Source: Flavobacteriaceae bacterium
GTDB taxonomy: Bacteria; Bacteroidota; Bacteroidia; Flavobacteriales; Flavobacteriaceae
Assembly (NCBI GenBank): GCA_002400885.1
Contig: NVRM01000002.1
Span: 739-64,738 of the forward strand
Length of the DNA stretch: 64,000 nt
Direction of reading: 5' to 3'
In this document: positions 11,529 through 21,757 of the stretch, piece after piece
Layout of the letters: every line of letters starts with the position of its first letter
Numbering within the stretch: the first letter of the stretch is position 1
Translations under genes and position numbers: made by a program
Notes under the pieces: generated by a model
The model's database searches: none
Told to the model about the DNA's origin: nothing
Seen by the model: the letters and a program-made list of their open reading frames with translations, nothing else

Positions 11529-11536
11529 TAAATTTG
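11529..11536 (+). promoter_or_regulatory. Bacteroidota -7 promoter box (TAnnTTTG)
   Basis: TAAATTTG is an exact match to TAnnTTTG, 22 nt upstream of the ATG at 11559. Confidence 0.45.
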
Positions 11537-11558
11537 CTCTAAATCAAAAAAACATAAA

Positions 11559-13013
11559 ATGGCTATCGTTTTAAAAGGAGATACTGTAATTATTGATGTT
11601 CCCTCAGCTAAGTCTAAGGCGTTAAAAATAAACTTAAATCAAAATATTTACGGAACCTTTGCCGAAATAGGTGCAGGACAAGAAACCGCAAGACACTTTT
11701 TTAGAGCAGGTGGTGCTTCTGGAACCATTGCAAAAGCGATGAGTGCCTATGATAAAGATTTTTCCGATGCCATTTACGGTATCGAAACTGATGGTCGCTA
11801 TGTCACAGAAAAAAGATTGAAAGGAATGCTATCCCATGAATTAGAGCTCATGGAGGATAGATTAAGCAGAAAGAAACATCCCGAAAAAATATTTTTCACA
11901 TATGCGAACACTGTAACAACAATAGATTTTGTCAAAAAATTTAAAGGCCATGGTTGGTTAGGAGTAAAATTTCAATTGGATCCTTTAGAGCCTTATAACG
12001 AAATTATATTACATGTTCGTTTTAAGGAAAATGATGCAAAACAACAACAAGAAACATTGGGTTTATTAGGCGTAAATTTAATTTATGGTTGTTTTTATTT
12101 ACACGATAACCCTAAAGAATTATTAAAATCCCTCTACCACAATATAGAACCTGACCAAATAGAATTGGACATGATCAACTTTTCTGGTCCTCGTTTTTCT
12201 TATGTGGACAATAGATTGATGAGTTTATTACTGGTAAAGAATGGCTTTACAAACGCTGTAATGTTCGGACCTGACGGAAACAACTTGTTGCCTGCACAAC
12301 AGCTATACAAAGCAAACATACTAGCCTTACGTGGGAGTTTTAGACCGGTAACCAAGGTAAATATAGAAATGTTTGAATTGGCAAGGGAAATGTTTTTAAA
12401 CGAAACTAAAGTAGATCCAGCCAGGACAAAAATAATTTTTGAAATTACGCTAACAAATTTAATTTCTGGAGGAAAAATTGACGAAAGAGACTTTCTTGAC
12501 CGTGCAGAACTCTTGTGTTCACTAGGTCAGAATGTCATGATTACGAACTACCAAGAATACTATAAATTAGTAGAATATTTTTCTGAATTCACAAAGAAAC
12601 GTATCGGACTAGCGATGGGTGTCTATAATTTTGTGCAAATTTTTGACCAAAAATATTACCGTAATTTAAGTGGTGGAATCCTAGAGGCCTTTGGTAAATT
12701 ATTCTTTAAAGATTTAAAAATATACCTATATCCTCTTAAAGATCAACGAACAGGAGAAATTAAAACTAGCGAAAACTTAAAAGTACATCCACGTATGAAA
12801 GAATTGTACAAATTCTTCAAATACAACGGAAAAGTAGTAGATATTAAAAATTACAGTCCAGAAATATTAGATGTCTTTTCGAGAACGATCTTAAAAATGA
12901 TCGATGACGGAGAAGAAGGTTGGGAAGAAATGCTTCCTTCCGGAATTGCTGACATCATAAAAGAAGAACGTTTGTTTGGCTATTCTAAACGAAAATTTAA
13001 AAAGAAAAAATAA
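11559..13013 (+). CDS. Conserved protein of unknown function
   Basis: 484-aa uninterrupted ORF with non-low-complexity composition, its own -7 box and a lysine-rich C-terminus. I recognise no catalytic motif. Confidence 0.8.
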   Translation: MAIVLKGDTVIIDVPSAKSKALKINLNQNIYGTFAEIGAGQETARHFFRAGGASGTIAKAMSAYDKDFSDAIYGIETDGRYVTEKRLKGMLSHELELMEDRLSRKKHPEKIFFTYANTVTTIDFVKKFKGHGWLGVKFQLDPLEPYNEIILHVRFKENDAKQQQETLGLLGVNLIYGCFYLHDNPKELLKSLYHNIEPDQIELDMINFSGPRFSYVDNRLMSLLLVKNGFTNAVMFGPDGNNLLPAQQLYKANILALRGSFRPVTKVNIEMFELAREMFLNETKVDPARTKIIFEITLTNLISGGKIDERDFLDRAELLCSLGQNVMITNYQEYYKLVEYFSEFTKKRIGLAMGVYNFVQIFDQKYYRNLSGGILEAFGKLFFKDLKIYLYPLKDQRTGEIKTSENLKVHPRMKELYKFFKYNGKVVDIKNYSPEILDVFSRTILKMIDDGEEGWEEMLPSGIADIIKEERLFGYSKRKFKKKK

Positions 13014-13070
13014 TTTCTACTAGCACTTAAACCTTTTACAAAAAGAGGAGTCTAAACTAAAATACAACTA

Positions 13071-13613
13071 GTGAACGACGAACGCGAACTTATTACAGCA
13101 CTACAGCATACGGCTACGAAAGAAAAAGCCTTTCGTAGTCTTATGACGTTGTATAAAGAACGCTTGTATTGGCATATTCGAAAAATAGTTATTTCACATG
13201 ACGACGCAGATGATGTACTTCAAAACACCTTTATAAAAGTATTTAAAAACATCCATAACTTTAAAGGAGACAGTAAGCTTTTCTCCTGGATGTACCGGAT
13301 CGCTACGAACGAATCTATCTCTTTTATAAATAAACGCGCCAAGGAAAAACATATTGACATTAGCCAACTTCACACAGAGCTAGGAACCTCGTTACAATCT
13401 GACGTTTATTTTTCCGGTGATGAAATTCAACTTTTACTCCAACAAGCTATTTTAAGGCTTCCTCAAAAACAACAACTTGTTTTTAATATGAAATACTATG
13501 AAGAACTAAAATACACAGAAATTTCTGAAATTTTAGACACTTCTGTAGGAGCCCTAAAAGCTTCTTATTTTCATGCGGTCAGAAAAATAGAAAAAATAAT
13601 TAAAAATTATTAA
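13071..13613 (+). CDS. ECF-type RNA polymerase sigma-70 factor
   Basis: 180-aa ORF with region 2 (LYWHIRKIV...DDADDVLQNTFIKVF) and region 4 HTH (LKYTEISEILDTSVGALKASYFHA). It has a GTG start. Confidence 0.9.
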   Translation: MNDERELITALQHTATKEKAFRSLMTLYKERLYWHIRKIVISHDDADDVLQNTFIKVFKNIHNFKGDSKLFSWMYRIATNESISFINKRAKEKHIDISQLHTELGTSLQSDVYFSGDEIQLLLQQAILRLPQKQQLVFNMKYYEELKYTEISEILDTSVGALKASYFHAVRKIEKIIKNY

Positions 13614-13646
13614 ACCAATCCTAAAAACAAGAGTCTTAATAACAAT

Positions 13647-14273
13647 ATGAAACCTGATAAAAACAAGCATAGCATCCAATTTTTGAGTGATATCACTCGA
13701 ACTAACAATTTTGAAATCCCAAAAGATTATTTCAAAAACGTAGCGGAATCCGTGTTGTCAGAAATCACATTAGAAAAGGTACATTCAAAAGACAACGAAC
13801 GTTTTACACTTCCAAAAGACTATCTAGAAAGCATAGACGACACAGTCATCGCAAAATTAAAAGCTGAAATCATCTATCAAGAAAACGATGCTAACAGTTC
13901 AATTCCAGTAGATTATTTTGATCATATTGAAGACAGCGTATTGGGTAAACTATCAAAAAAACAAGGCCTATTTCAATTAAAATCACTGTTTAAAAGTAAA
14001 TTTACTCCCCTTGCGATTGCCGCCTCCCTATTACTAATAGTTACACTAGGAAATGTAAACAAAGCCCAAGCGGTAACTTTTAAAGACATCTCAAGTAGCG
14101 ATATCGAATTATGGGTTGCAAATGGAGACCTCGTTTTTAGTGTAGAGGATTTTACAGATCCGGTTTCATCTACAGCATTAGATTTTGATAATTTTAGTCG
14201 AATTTATTCCGATGAACAAGCCCTTGATTTCCTAGAAGAAACCGATTTAGAAAACATCCTATTTAATGATTAG
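13647..14273 (+). CDS. Putative anti-sigma factor (single-pass membrane protein)
   Basis: 208-aa ORF immediately downstream of the ECF sigma gene with one TM segment (PLAIAASLLLIVTLG). The cytoplasmic part carries three 17-aa repeats. The function is assigned from gene context only. Confidence 0.6.
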   Translation: MKPDKNKHSIQFLSDITRTNNFEIPKDYFKNVAESVLSEITLEKVHSKDNERFTLPKDYLESIDDTVIAKLKAEIIYQENDANSSIPVDYFDHIEDSVLGKLSKKQGLFQLKSLFKSKFTPLAIAASLLLIVTLGNVNKAQAVTFKDISSSDIELWVANGDLVFSVEDFTDPVSSTALDFDNFSRIYSDEQALDFLEETDLENILFND

Positions 14274-14361
14274 ATAGGTTAATATAAAAATTAACAAATA
14301 GCTTTCACCACACACATCACGGTAACTCCTGACAGGAATAAGCTATTTAAAAAACAAACAG

Positions 14362-14835
14362 ATGAAAAAACAATTCTTATTTTTATTCCTTTTGACTGTT
14401 GGATTGTTCAGTACAATGCACGCACAACACCAGCACAGAATAAGTCATGAAAAATTTAAAGCTTTAAAAACAGCATTTATAACAGACGCACTAGACCTCA
14501 ATGTAAAAGAGGCTGAAAAATTCTGGCCAATCTACAATCAACACCATGTAGCCCACAAAAAAATAAGCCGCCTTTTAGAAAAAGGCATTAAAAAACGCTT
14601 GGACAATTTAGGAGGTATCGATAACTTATCGGATAAAGAAGCTCATGAAATATTAGAGAGAATCATCGCTTTAAAAAAGGAAAAAGCAAGCCTCCACGCT
14701 CATTTATTTCCAGATTTAAATAAAGTAATCTCCGCAAAAAAACTAATTCAACTAACAAAAGCAGAACGCGATTTTAGACATCAAATTTTTAAAGAATACC
14801 GCCGAAGAGGGCCAAAAAAAAAGGAAGCTAATTAG
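14362..14835 (+). CDS. Periplasmic helical protein, ECF-sigma-associated (Spy/CpxP-like?)
   Basis: 157-aa ORF with a signal peptide and a lysine-rich helical body. It is the third gene after the sigma and anti-sigma pair. Confidence 0.65.
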   Translation: MKKQFLFLFLLTVGLFSTMHAQHQHRISHEKFKALKTAFITDALDLNVKEAEKFWPIYNQHHVAHKKISRLLEKGIKKRLDNLGGIDNLSDKEAHEILERIIALKKEKASLHAHLFPDLNKVISAKKLIQLTKAERDFRHQIFKEYRRRGPKKKEAN

Positions 14836-14846
14836 CTTCCTTTTTT
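14814..14846. terminator. Bidirectional terminator
   Basis: Stem GGAAGCTA/TAGCTTCC flanked by A9 and T6. It overlaps the stop of the 14362..14835 gene and precedes the 3' end of the convergent ABC-F gene. Confidence 0.7.
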
Positions 14847-14869
14847 ATATTTTGTAAGTATCTCTTTTC

Positions 14870-16573
<1,704 letters not shown>

Positions 16574-16611
16574 TTAACAACACATTAACAACATCACAGC
16601 CTAAAAGAAAG

Positions 16612-16619
16612 TATTTTTG
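16612..16619 (+). promoter_or_regulatory. Bacteroidota -7 promoter box
   Basis: TATTTTTG is an exact match, 26 nt upstream of the ATG at 16646. Confidence 0.45.
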
Positions 16620-16645
16620 TATGAATGCAAAATAGTAATAATTAG

Positions 16646-18043
16646 ATGCTAAACAAATACCATAGCTTAATCCTTGCAGTGCTCCTTTCCCCCTTCTTGT
16701 TTAGTTGTACTAGCAGCGAAGAAAAAGACACTTTCGCCTATTTTGGTGGCCATATAAAGAACCCGAAAGGGGATATTATAATCTTTTTAAAAGACAGTAA
16801 AGCCATCGACACAATACGTTTAGGCATACACAATACATTTCTTAAAAAATTTAAAAATTTAGAAGAGGGATTGTACACCTTTAAACATGGTTTAGAATTC
16901 CAATATGTCTACCTAGAACCAACCGACAGTATATTGATCCATTTAAACACCTGGGATTTTGATGAAAACCTTGTGTTTAGTGGTCGAGGAAGTGAAAAAA
17001 ATGAATTTTTAGTAAACGCACTCCTAAATATAGAAAATGACGAAAAGATCATTGGCAGTTACTATCGATTTGAAGAAGAGGAATTTAGTACTAAATTAGA
17101 TTCAATGCTTCAATTAAGAGAAGCCATGCTGTCTCAATTTAAATCATCCGTAGAAGACATCTCAGTTGGCTTTATCCATTTAGCAGAGGCCTCTATTAAA
17201 TTTCCTTTTTTAAGAAGAAAAGAAGCCTATAGTTATTTTCACAAACACGCATTGAAACTAAATGATTTTCCTACCTTATCTGAACATTTTTACGACTACC
17301 GAAAACATGTCAATTTAAATGATACCGCATTGTTTTCATTTTATCCCTACACCAATTATGTAACCAATTACATCTACAATGCAGGGTATAAAAAAATCAC
17401 CTCGCATAAGGAATGTCAAGTACTCGCTACAAATATGCTAGAAGTGATTGCGACGAACATCACACAAGGCGATTTTAAAGACAAACTATTAAAAAGTGTC
17501 TTGGTCAATGACTTTTTAAAAGGGAACATCTCCTGTTCTTTTACTGACGAAAATTTAAAGATATTTTTAGACAATTGTGACAATATTGACTTTAGGAAAG
17601 AAATAGAAGTCCTTATAAAGGAGAGTAAGCTTATAAAAAACAACCAACCACTATCCCCTTTTAACCTTGTCAATTCAGCAAATGAAATTATTTCCGTGGG
17701 TGAAATCATAAAAAACAAACCTACCGTATTGTATTTCTGGTCTACAGAATTTATGAGTCCAAAGTATTTATCCATGCGATTATCGTATTTTAAAAAGCGA
17801 TTTCCGTCAATTTCATTCGTCGGAATTCAAATAAATGACGATTTCATAATTACCAATAAACGTTTAAAGCAACATTTAGGTGCACAATATAAAATTCCTA
17901 AAAACGGATTAGCACACTCCTATTTCTCAAGTAGATACCCTAGAAGCATCATTATCAACAAAGAAGGAACCGTTATAAACGGATTTGCATATTTTAATTC
18001 TAAGTTTTTCTCCCCTCAATTAGAACGATTAATAAATAATTGA
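16646..18043 (+). CDS. Lipoprotein with C-terminal thioredoxin-like (TlpA/AhpC-TSA-like) fold lacking the CxxC pair
   Basis: 465-aa ORF with a lipobox (PFLFSC). The C-terminal ~130 aa align by eye with TlpA-type domains (KPTVLYFWSTEFMSPKY in place of FWASWCGPC). Confidence 0.7.
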   Translation: MLNKYHSLILAVLLSPFLFSCTSSEEKDTFAYFGGHIKNPKGDIIIFLKDSKAIDTIRLGIHNTFLKKFKNLEEGLYTFKHGLEFQYVYLEPTDSILIHLNTWDFDENLVFSGRGSEKNEFLVNALLNIENDEKIIGSYYRFEEEEFSTKLDSMLQLREAMLSQFKSSVEDISVGFIHLAEASIKFPFLRRKEAYSYFHKHALKLNDFPTLSEHFYDYRKHVNLNDTALFSFYPYTNYVTNYIYNAGYKKITSHKECQVLATNMLEVIATNITQGDFKDKLLKSVLVNDFLKGNISCSFTDENLKIFLDNCDNIDFRKEIEVLIKESKLIKNNQPLSPFNLVNSANEIISVGEIIKNKPTVLYFWSTEFMSPKYLSMRLSYFKKRFPSISFVGIQINDDFIITNKRLKQHLGAQYKIPKNGLAHSYFSSRYPRSIIINKEGTVINGFAYFNSKFFSPQLERLINN

Positions 18044-18071
18044 TTTTAGTCAAAGATATGGATTTAAATTG

Positions 18072-18079
18072 TACCTTTG
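18072..18079 (+). promoter_or_regulatory. Bacteroidota -7 promoter box for the DEAD-box helicase gene
   Basis: TACCTTTG is an exact TAnnTTTG, 57 nt upstream of the ATG at 18137. It overlaps the TTG used as the start by the ORF track. Confidence 0.45.
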
Positions 18080-18091
18080 CCCGCTGAAACC

Positions 18092-18122
18092 GATTTACAG
18101 GAACGCAGGACGTCTGTAAATC
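18092..18122 (+). promoter_or_regulatory. 5' UTR stem-loop of the DEAD-box helicase mRNA
   Basis: 9-bp perfect stem GATTTACAG/CTGTAAATC (18092-18100 / 18114-18122), extended by an inner ACG/CGT. It lies between the -7 box and the ATG. Confidence 0.5.
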
Positions 18123-18136
18123 AAAAAATTTACAGA

Positions 18137-20032
18137 ATGTCGATATTTAAAGAATTAGGGCTGAATGATGAAATTGCAAACGCCTTAGCCGATTTAGGCT
18201 ACAAAGAACCAACACAAATTCAAGCAAGTGCTATTCCACAGATTATTAAATCTACGGACGATTTAAAAGCTTTTGCTCAAACAGGAACCGGTAAAACGGC
18301 CGCATTTAGTTTACCAATATTACAATTATTGGATACGAACAGCAACCAAGCACAAGCTATTATTTTATCACCAACCCGTGAATTAGCGGTACAAATTGGT
18401 AACAATATTAGAGAATTTGCTAAATACCAAAAAGGTGTTAAAGTTGCAACAGTATATGGTGGAGCTAGTATTGAAGACCAAATCCGTCAAATTAAAAGAG
18501 GTGCTCAAATTATTGTAGGTACTCCAGGTAGAACTTGTGATTTAATTAAGCGTAGAGCTTTAAATCTAGGTCAAATCCAATGGGTAGTACTAGATGAAGC
18601 AGATGAGATGTTGAACATGGGGTTCAAGGACGAATTGGATAAGATTTTGGATGCAACTCCAGACTCTAAACAAACCATGTTGTTCTCAGCTACTTTCCCA
18701 AGAGAAGTTGAAGCTATTGCTCGTAACTACATGACCAACCCTGTTGAAATTACTTCAGGAGAAAAAAATAAAGGAACCGAAAACGTAAGCCACGAATTTT
18801 ATATCGTGAATGACCGTTCTCGTTATTTAGCCTTAAAACGTATTGCAGATATCAATCCAGATATATACAGTATTATTTTCTGTAGAACTCGTAGAGAAAC
18901 TCAGGAAGTTGCTGATAAATTAATCAAGGATGGTTATAGTGCAGAAGCGTTGCACGGAGATTTATCTCAAGCACAACGTGATTCTGTAATGCAAAAATTC
19001 AGAAAAAAACACATCCAATTATTAGTAGCGACTGATGTTGCTGCTCGTGGTTTAGATGTTAGTGAACTTACACACGTAATCAACCATAAATTACCAGACC
19101 AAATAGAGTCTTACACTCACCGTAGTGGTAGAACTGGACGTGCTGGTAAAAAAGGGATTTCTATTGCTTTAGTAACACGTCGTGAAAAAGGAAAATTATT
19201 CCCTATCGAAAAGAAAATTGGTAGAAAATTTACAGAAGGAAAAATCCCTACAGGAGAAGAGATCTGTCAGATTCAATTAATGAAATTGATCGATAAGGTA
19301 AAGGCTATTGATGTAAGTGATACTCAAATTAATGAGTTCTTACCTTCTATCCATGAAACATTGGAAGGAATGGATCGTGATGAATTGATCAAAAGATTTG
19401 TTTCTTTAGAATTCAATGCATTCTTAAACTATTATAAAAACGCACCAGATTTAAACAATGAGTCTGCAGGTCGTGATCGTGAAGAACGTGGTAGAACTCG
19501 TGAAGTTGATGAAAACATGTCTCGTTTCTTTATCAATATTGGTAGAAGAGATGGTTTAAGACCTGCTAATTTAATTGGCTTGATCAATGATCAAAAAATC
19601 ACCAATAACCTTCAAATTGGACAAATCGAAATTTTAGATTCATTCTCATTTTTCGAAGTAGACAAAGTATTTACAGAAGAAACTGTAACTTCTTTCCAAG
19701 ATGATAAAGCAGAATTTAACGGACGTACCGTAAATGTAGAAATCACAGAGAAGAAAAGAACTGGTCGCGGAGGCTCAGGTGGCGGAAGAAGTCGCGGACG
19801 CAGAGAAGGCGGTAGAGATGGAGGAAGAGATAGAAACGATCGTGGTGGTGACAGAAGAAGAAGCCCTAGAAGTGATGGTGACCGAGGAGACAGAGGAGCT
19901 GGAGGAGACAGAGGAGCTGGAGCAAGATTTGGACGTAACAGAAGTGAACGTTCAGACCGTGGAGATCGTGGTGGTGAAAATCGCGGAGGAGACAACAGAG
20001 AATTTTCTAGTAGAAGACGTCGTAGAGACTAG
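18137..20032 (+). CDS. deaD: DEAD-box ATP-dependent RNA helicase (DeaD/CsdA-like) with DbpA-type RNA-binding domain and R/G/D-rich tail
   Basis: Q motif, AQTGTGKT, DEAD, SAT and HRSGRTGRAG are present. The start is set at MSIFKELGL (ATG 18137), which follows the -7 box and the UTR hairpin. Confidence 0.93.
   Translation: MSIFKELGLNDEIANALADLGYKEPTQIQASAIPQIIKSTDDLKAFAQTGTGKTAAFSLPILQLLDTNSNQAQAIILSPTRELAVQIGNNIREFAKYQKGVKVATVYGGASIEDQIRQIKRGAQIIVGTPGRTCDLIKRRALNLGQIQWVVLDEADEMLNMGFKDELDKILDATPDSKQTMLFSATFPREVEAIARNYMTNPVEITSGEKNKGTENVSHEFYIVNDRSRYLALKRIADINPDIYSIIFCRTRRETQEVADKLIKDGYSAEALHGDLSQAQRDSVMQKFRKKHIQLLVATDVAARGLDVSELTHVINHKLPDQIESYTHRSGRTGRAGKKGISIALVTRREKGKLFPIEKKIGRKFTEGKIPTGEEICQIQLMKLIDKVKAIDVSDTQINEFLPSIHETLEGMDRDELIKRFVSLEFNAFLNYYKNAPDLNNESAGRDREERGRTREVDENMSRFFINIGRRDGLRPANLIGLINDQKITNNLQIGQIEILDSFSFFEVDKVFTEETVTSFQDDKAEFNGRTVNVEITEKKRTGRGGSGGGRSRGRREGGRDGGRDRNDRGGDRRRSPRSDGDRGDRGAGGDRGAGARFGRNRSERSDRGDRGGENRGGDNREFSSRRRRRD
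19886..19921 (+). repeat. Perfect 18-bp tandem duplication inside the helicase tail
   Basis: GGAGACAGAGGAGCTGGA occurs twice back to back (19886-19903 and 19904-19921) and encodes GDRGAG twice. Confidence 0.9.
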
Positions 20033-20053
20033 TCTTACTAGCAATCATATATT

Positions 20054-20085
20054 AAAAAGGCTCGCAAATTGCGAGCCTTTTTTTA
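20054..20085. terminator. Bidirectional terminator between deaD and rocD
   Basis: Stem AGGCTCGCAA/TTGCGAGCCT flanked by A5 and T7, between convergent genes. Confidence 0.8.
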
Positions 20086-20105
20086 TGCGTATAAATCAGT
20101 GTTAA

Positions 20106-21341
20106 TTAAAACTCTGACAGTGTTTTTTTGATGATCGCAATACATTCCATCAATTGCTCCTCATTCATGACTAAAGGTGGTGCAAATCGGATGATATTCC
20201 CATGGGTAGGTTTGGCTAATAATCCATTGTCACGCAATTTCATACATAAATCCCAAGCCGTAGAACTATCTTCCGTATCGTTAATTAAAATAGCATTTAA
20301 AAGCCCTTTCCCTCTTACAGACAATACTAAATCACATGTTGTTGCAAATTCAGCAATTTCTTTTCTAAAGATTTTACCTAAATATTCTGCATTCTCAGCT
20401 AATTTCTCATCTTTTATAACGTCTAAAGCAGCAATAGCTACTGCAGCTGCAATTGGATTACCTCCAAATGTAGAACCATGTTGCCCTGGTTTAATTACAT
20501 TCATAATACCATCATTCGCTAATACCGCAGATACTGGATATACTCCTCCTGATAAAGCCTTTCCTAAGATAAGAATATCTGGCTGTACATTTTCATGGTT
20601 TACCGCTAACAGTTTCCCTGTTCTTGCAACACCTGTCTGAACTTCGTCTGCTATAAATAACACATTGTACTTTTCACACAATGCTTTTGCTTTGGTTAAA
20701 TATCCTTCTGTTGGAACATATACTCCAGCTTCTCCTTGAATAGGCTCCACTAAAAATCCAGCAATATTTTTCTCCGTTTTCAACATTTCTTCTAAAGCTC
20801 CTACGTTATCGTAAGGTATTTTCAAGAAACCTGGTGTGTAAGGTCCAAAGTTTTTACGAGCATCTTCATCATTTGAAAAAGAAATAATCGTAGTAGTACG
20901 CCCGTGGAAATTGTTCTCACAAACAATTATTTGTGCCTCGTTTTCTTCAATCCCATTTACTTCGTAAGCCCATTTACGGCAAAGTTTAATGGCCGTTTCC
21001 ACAGCTTCGGCTCCTGTGTTCATCGGTAATACTTTATCAAAACCAAAATATGAACATATATGCTCTTCGTATTTCCCTAATATATCGTTGTAAAAAGCAC
21101 GTGAGGTTAAGGTTAATTTTTGTGCCTGTTCTGTTAATGCCGCTACGATTCTCGGATGACAGTGTCCCTGATTAACTGCTGAATAAGCAGATAAAAAATC
21201 ATAATATTTTTTTCCTTCAACATCCCAAACATATACGCCTTCCCCTTTATTTAACACCACTGGTAATGGGTGATAATTATGGGCTCCATATTTGTTTTCT
21301 AATGCAATTACTTGTTCTGATGACAATTGTGTAGTACTCAT
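20106..21341 (-). CDS. rocD: Ornithine--oxo-acid aminotransferase
   Basis: Class III aminotransferase with motifs typical of ornithine aminotransferase ([27 protein letters not shown]). The start is set at MSTTQLSS (21341), and the 30-aa extension looks like non-coding sequence. Confidence 0.9.
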   Translation of the reverse strand: MSTTQLSSEQVIALENKYGAHNYHPLPVVLNKGEGVYVWDVEGKKYYDFLSAYSAVNQGHCHPRIVAALTEQAQKLTLTSRAFYNDILGKYEEHICSYFGFDKVLPMNTGAEAVETAIKLCRKWAYEVNGIEENEAQIIVCENNFHGRTTTIISFSNDEDARKNFGPYTPGFLKIPYDNVGALEEMLKTEKNIAGFLVEPIQGEAGVYVPTEGYLTKAKALCEKYNVLFIADEVQTGVARTGKLLAVNHENVQPDILILGKALSGGVYPVSAVLANDGIMNVIKPGQHGSTFGGNPIAAAVAIAALDVIKDEKLAENAEYLGKIFRKEIAEFATTCDLVLSVRGKGLLNAILINDTEDSSTAWDLCMKLRDNGLLAKPTHGNIIRFAPPLVMNEEQLMECIAIIKKTLSEF

Positions 21342-21718
21342 TGTAAAAATAAGTTTTAAATATAAAAATCTCAATTCCTTCTTATGGAGAGAAATCATCC
21401 AAATATGCATGCAAAATACAAAATATATCACGTATTAAATCCCTTATCTATTTAATTGATATGTAATTATTGAATTTAGTTGATTAGACCGCGTGTATTT
21501 TTGCTTCTAAAACTGCCCAAATATTGACCTCCTCTCTCCTATTTAATCAAACAACCGTCTATATGCACTACGGAAAACACTATAAATACCATTGACAACT
21601 AGAATCCAAATGTCAAAAATAACAATACTATACATCTGGATTACAAGTTCTTAACCTGCTCTATTTAGAACAAATCAAAATAGAACTATTTATATTTGGT
21701 CTAAATAAGAATAGTAAG

Positions 21719-21726
21719 TACATTTG
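21719..21726 (+). promoter_or_regulatory. Bacteroidota -7 promoter box
   Basis: TACATTTG is an exact match, 31 nt upstream of the ATG at 21758. Confidence 0.45.
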
Positions 21727-21757
21727 TCCCCTCTAAATTCATAAAAAAGTTTTTTAA

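Noticed and set aside
14296-14348. 9-bp inverted repeat AAATAGCTT / AAGCTATTT between the anti-sigma gene and the periplasmic protein gene
   Set aside because: The loop is about 35 nt and no T tract follows, making it weak as a terminator or attenuator. It is recorded only as a possible processing site.
19612-20105. 127-aa minus-strand and 108-aa plus-strand ORFs overlapping the 3' end of the helicase gene
   Set aside because: These are alternative-frame readings of the GC-rich R/G/D low-complexity tail (proline/serine/leucine or glutamate/valine repeats). They are frame shadows of deaD.
21697-21720. Possible Fur box upstream of the porin/imelysin operon (AATAAGAATAGTAAGTACA)
   Set aside because: It matches the 19-bp enterobacterial Fur consensus at only about 11 of 19 positions by hand. 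That is indistinguishable from background in AT-rich DNA, and the Bacteroidota Fur motif may differ.
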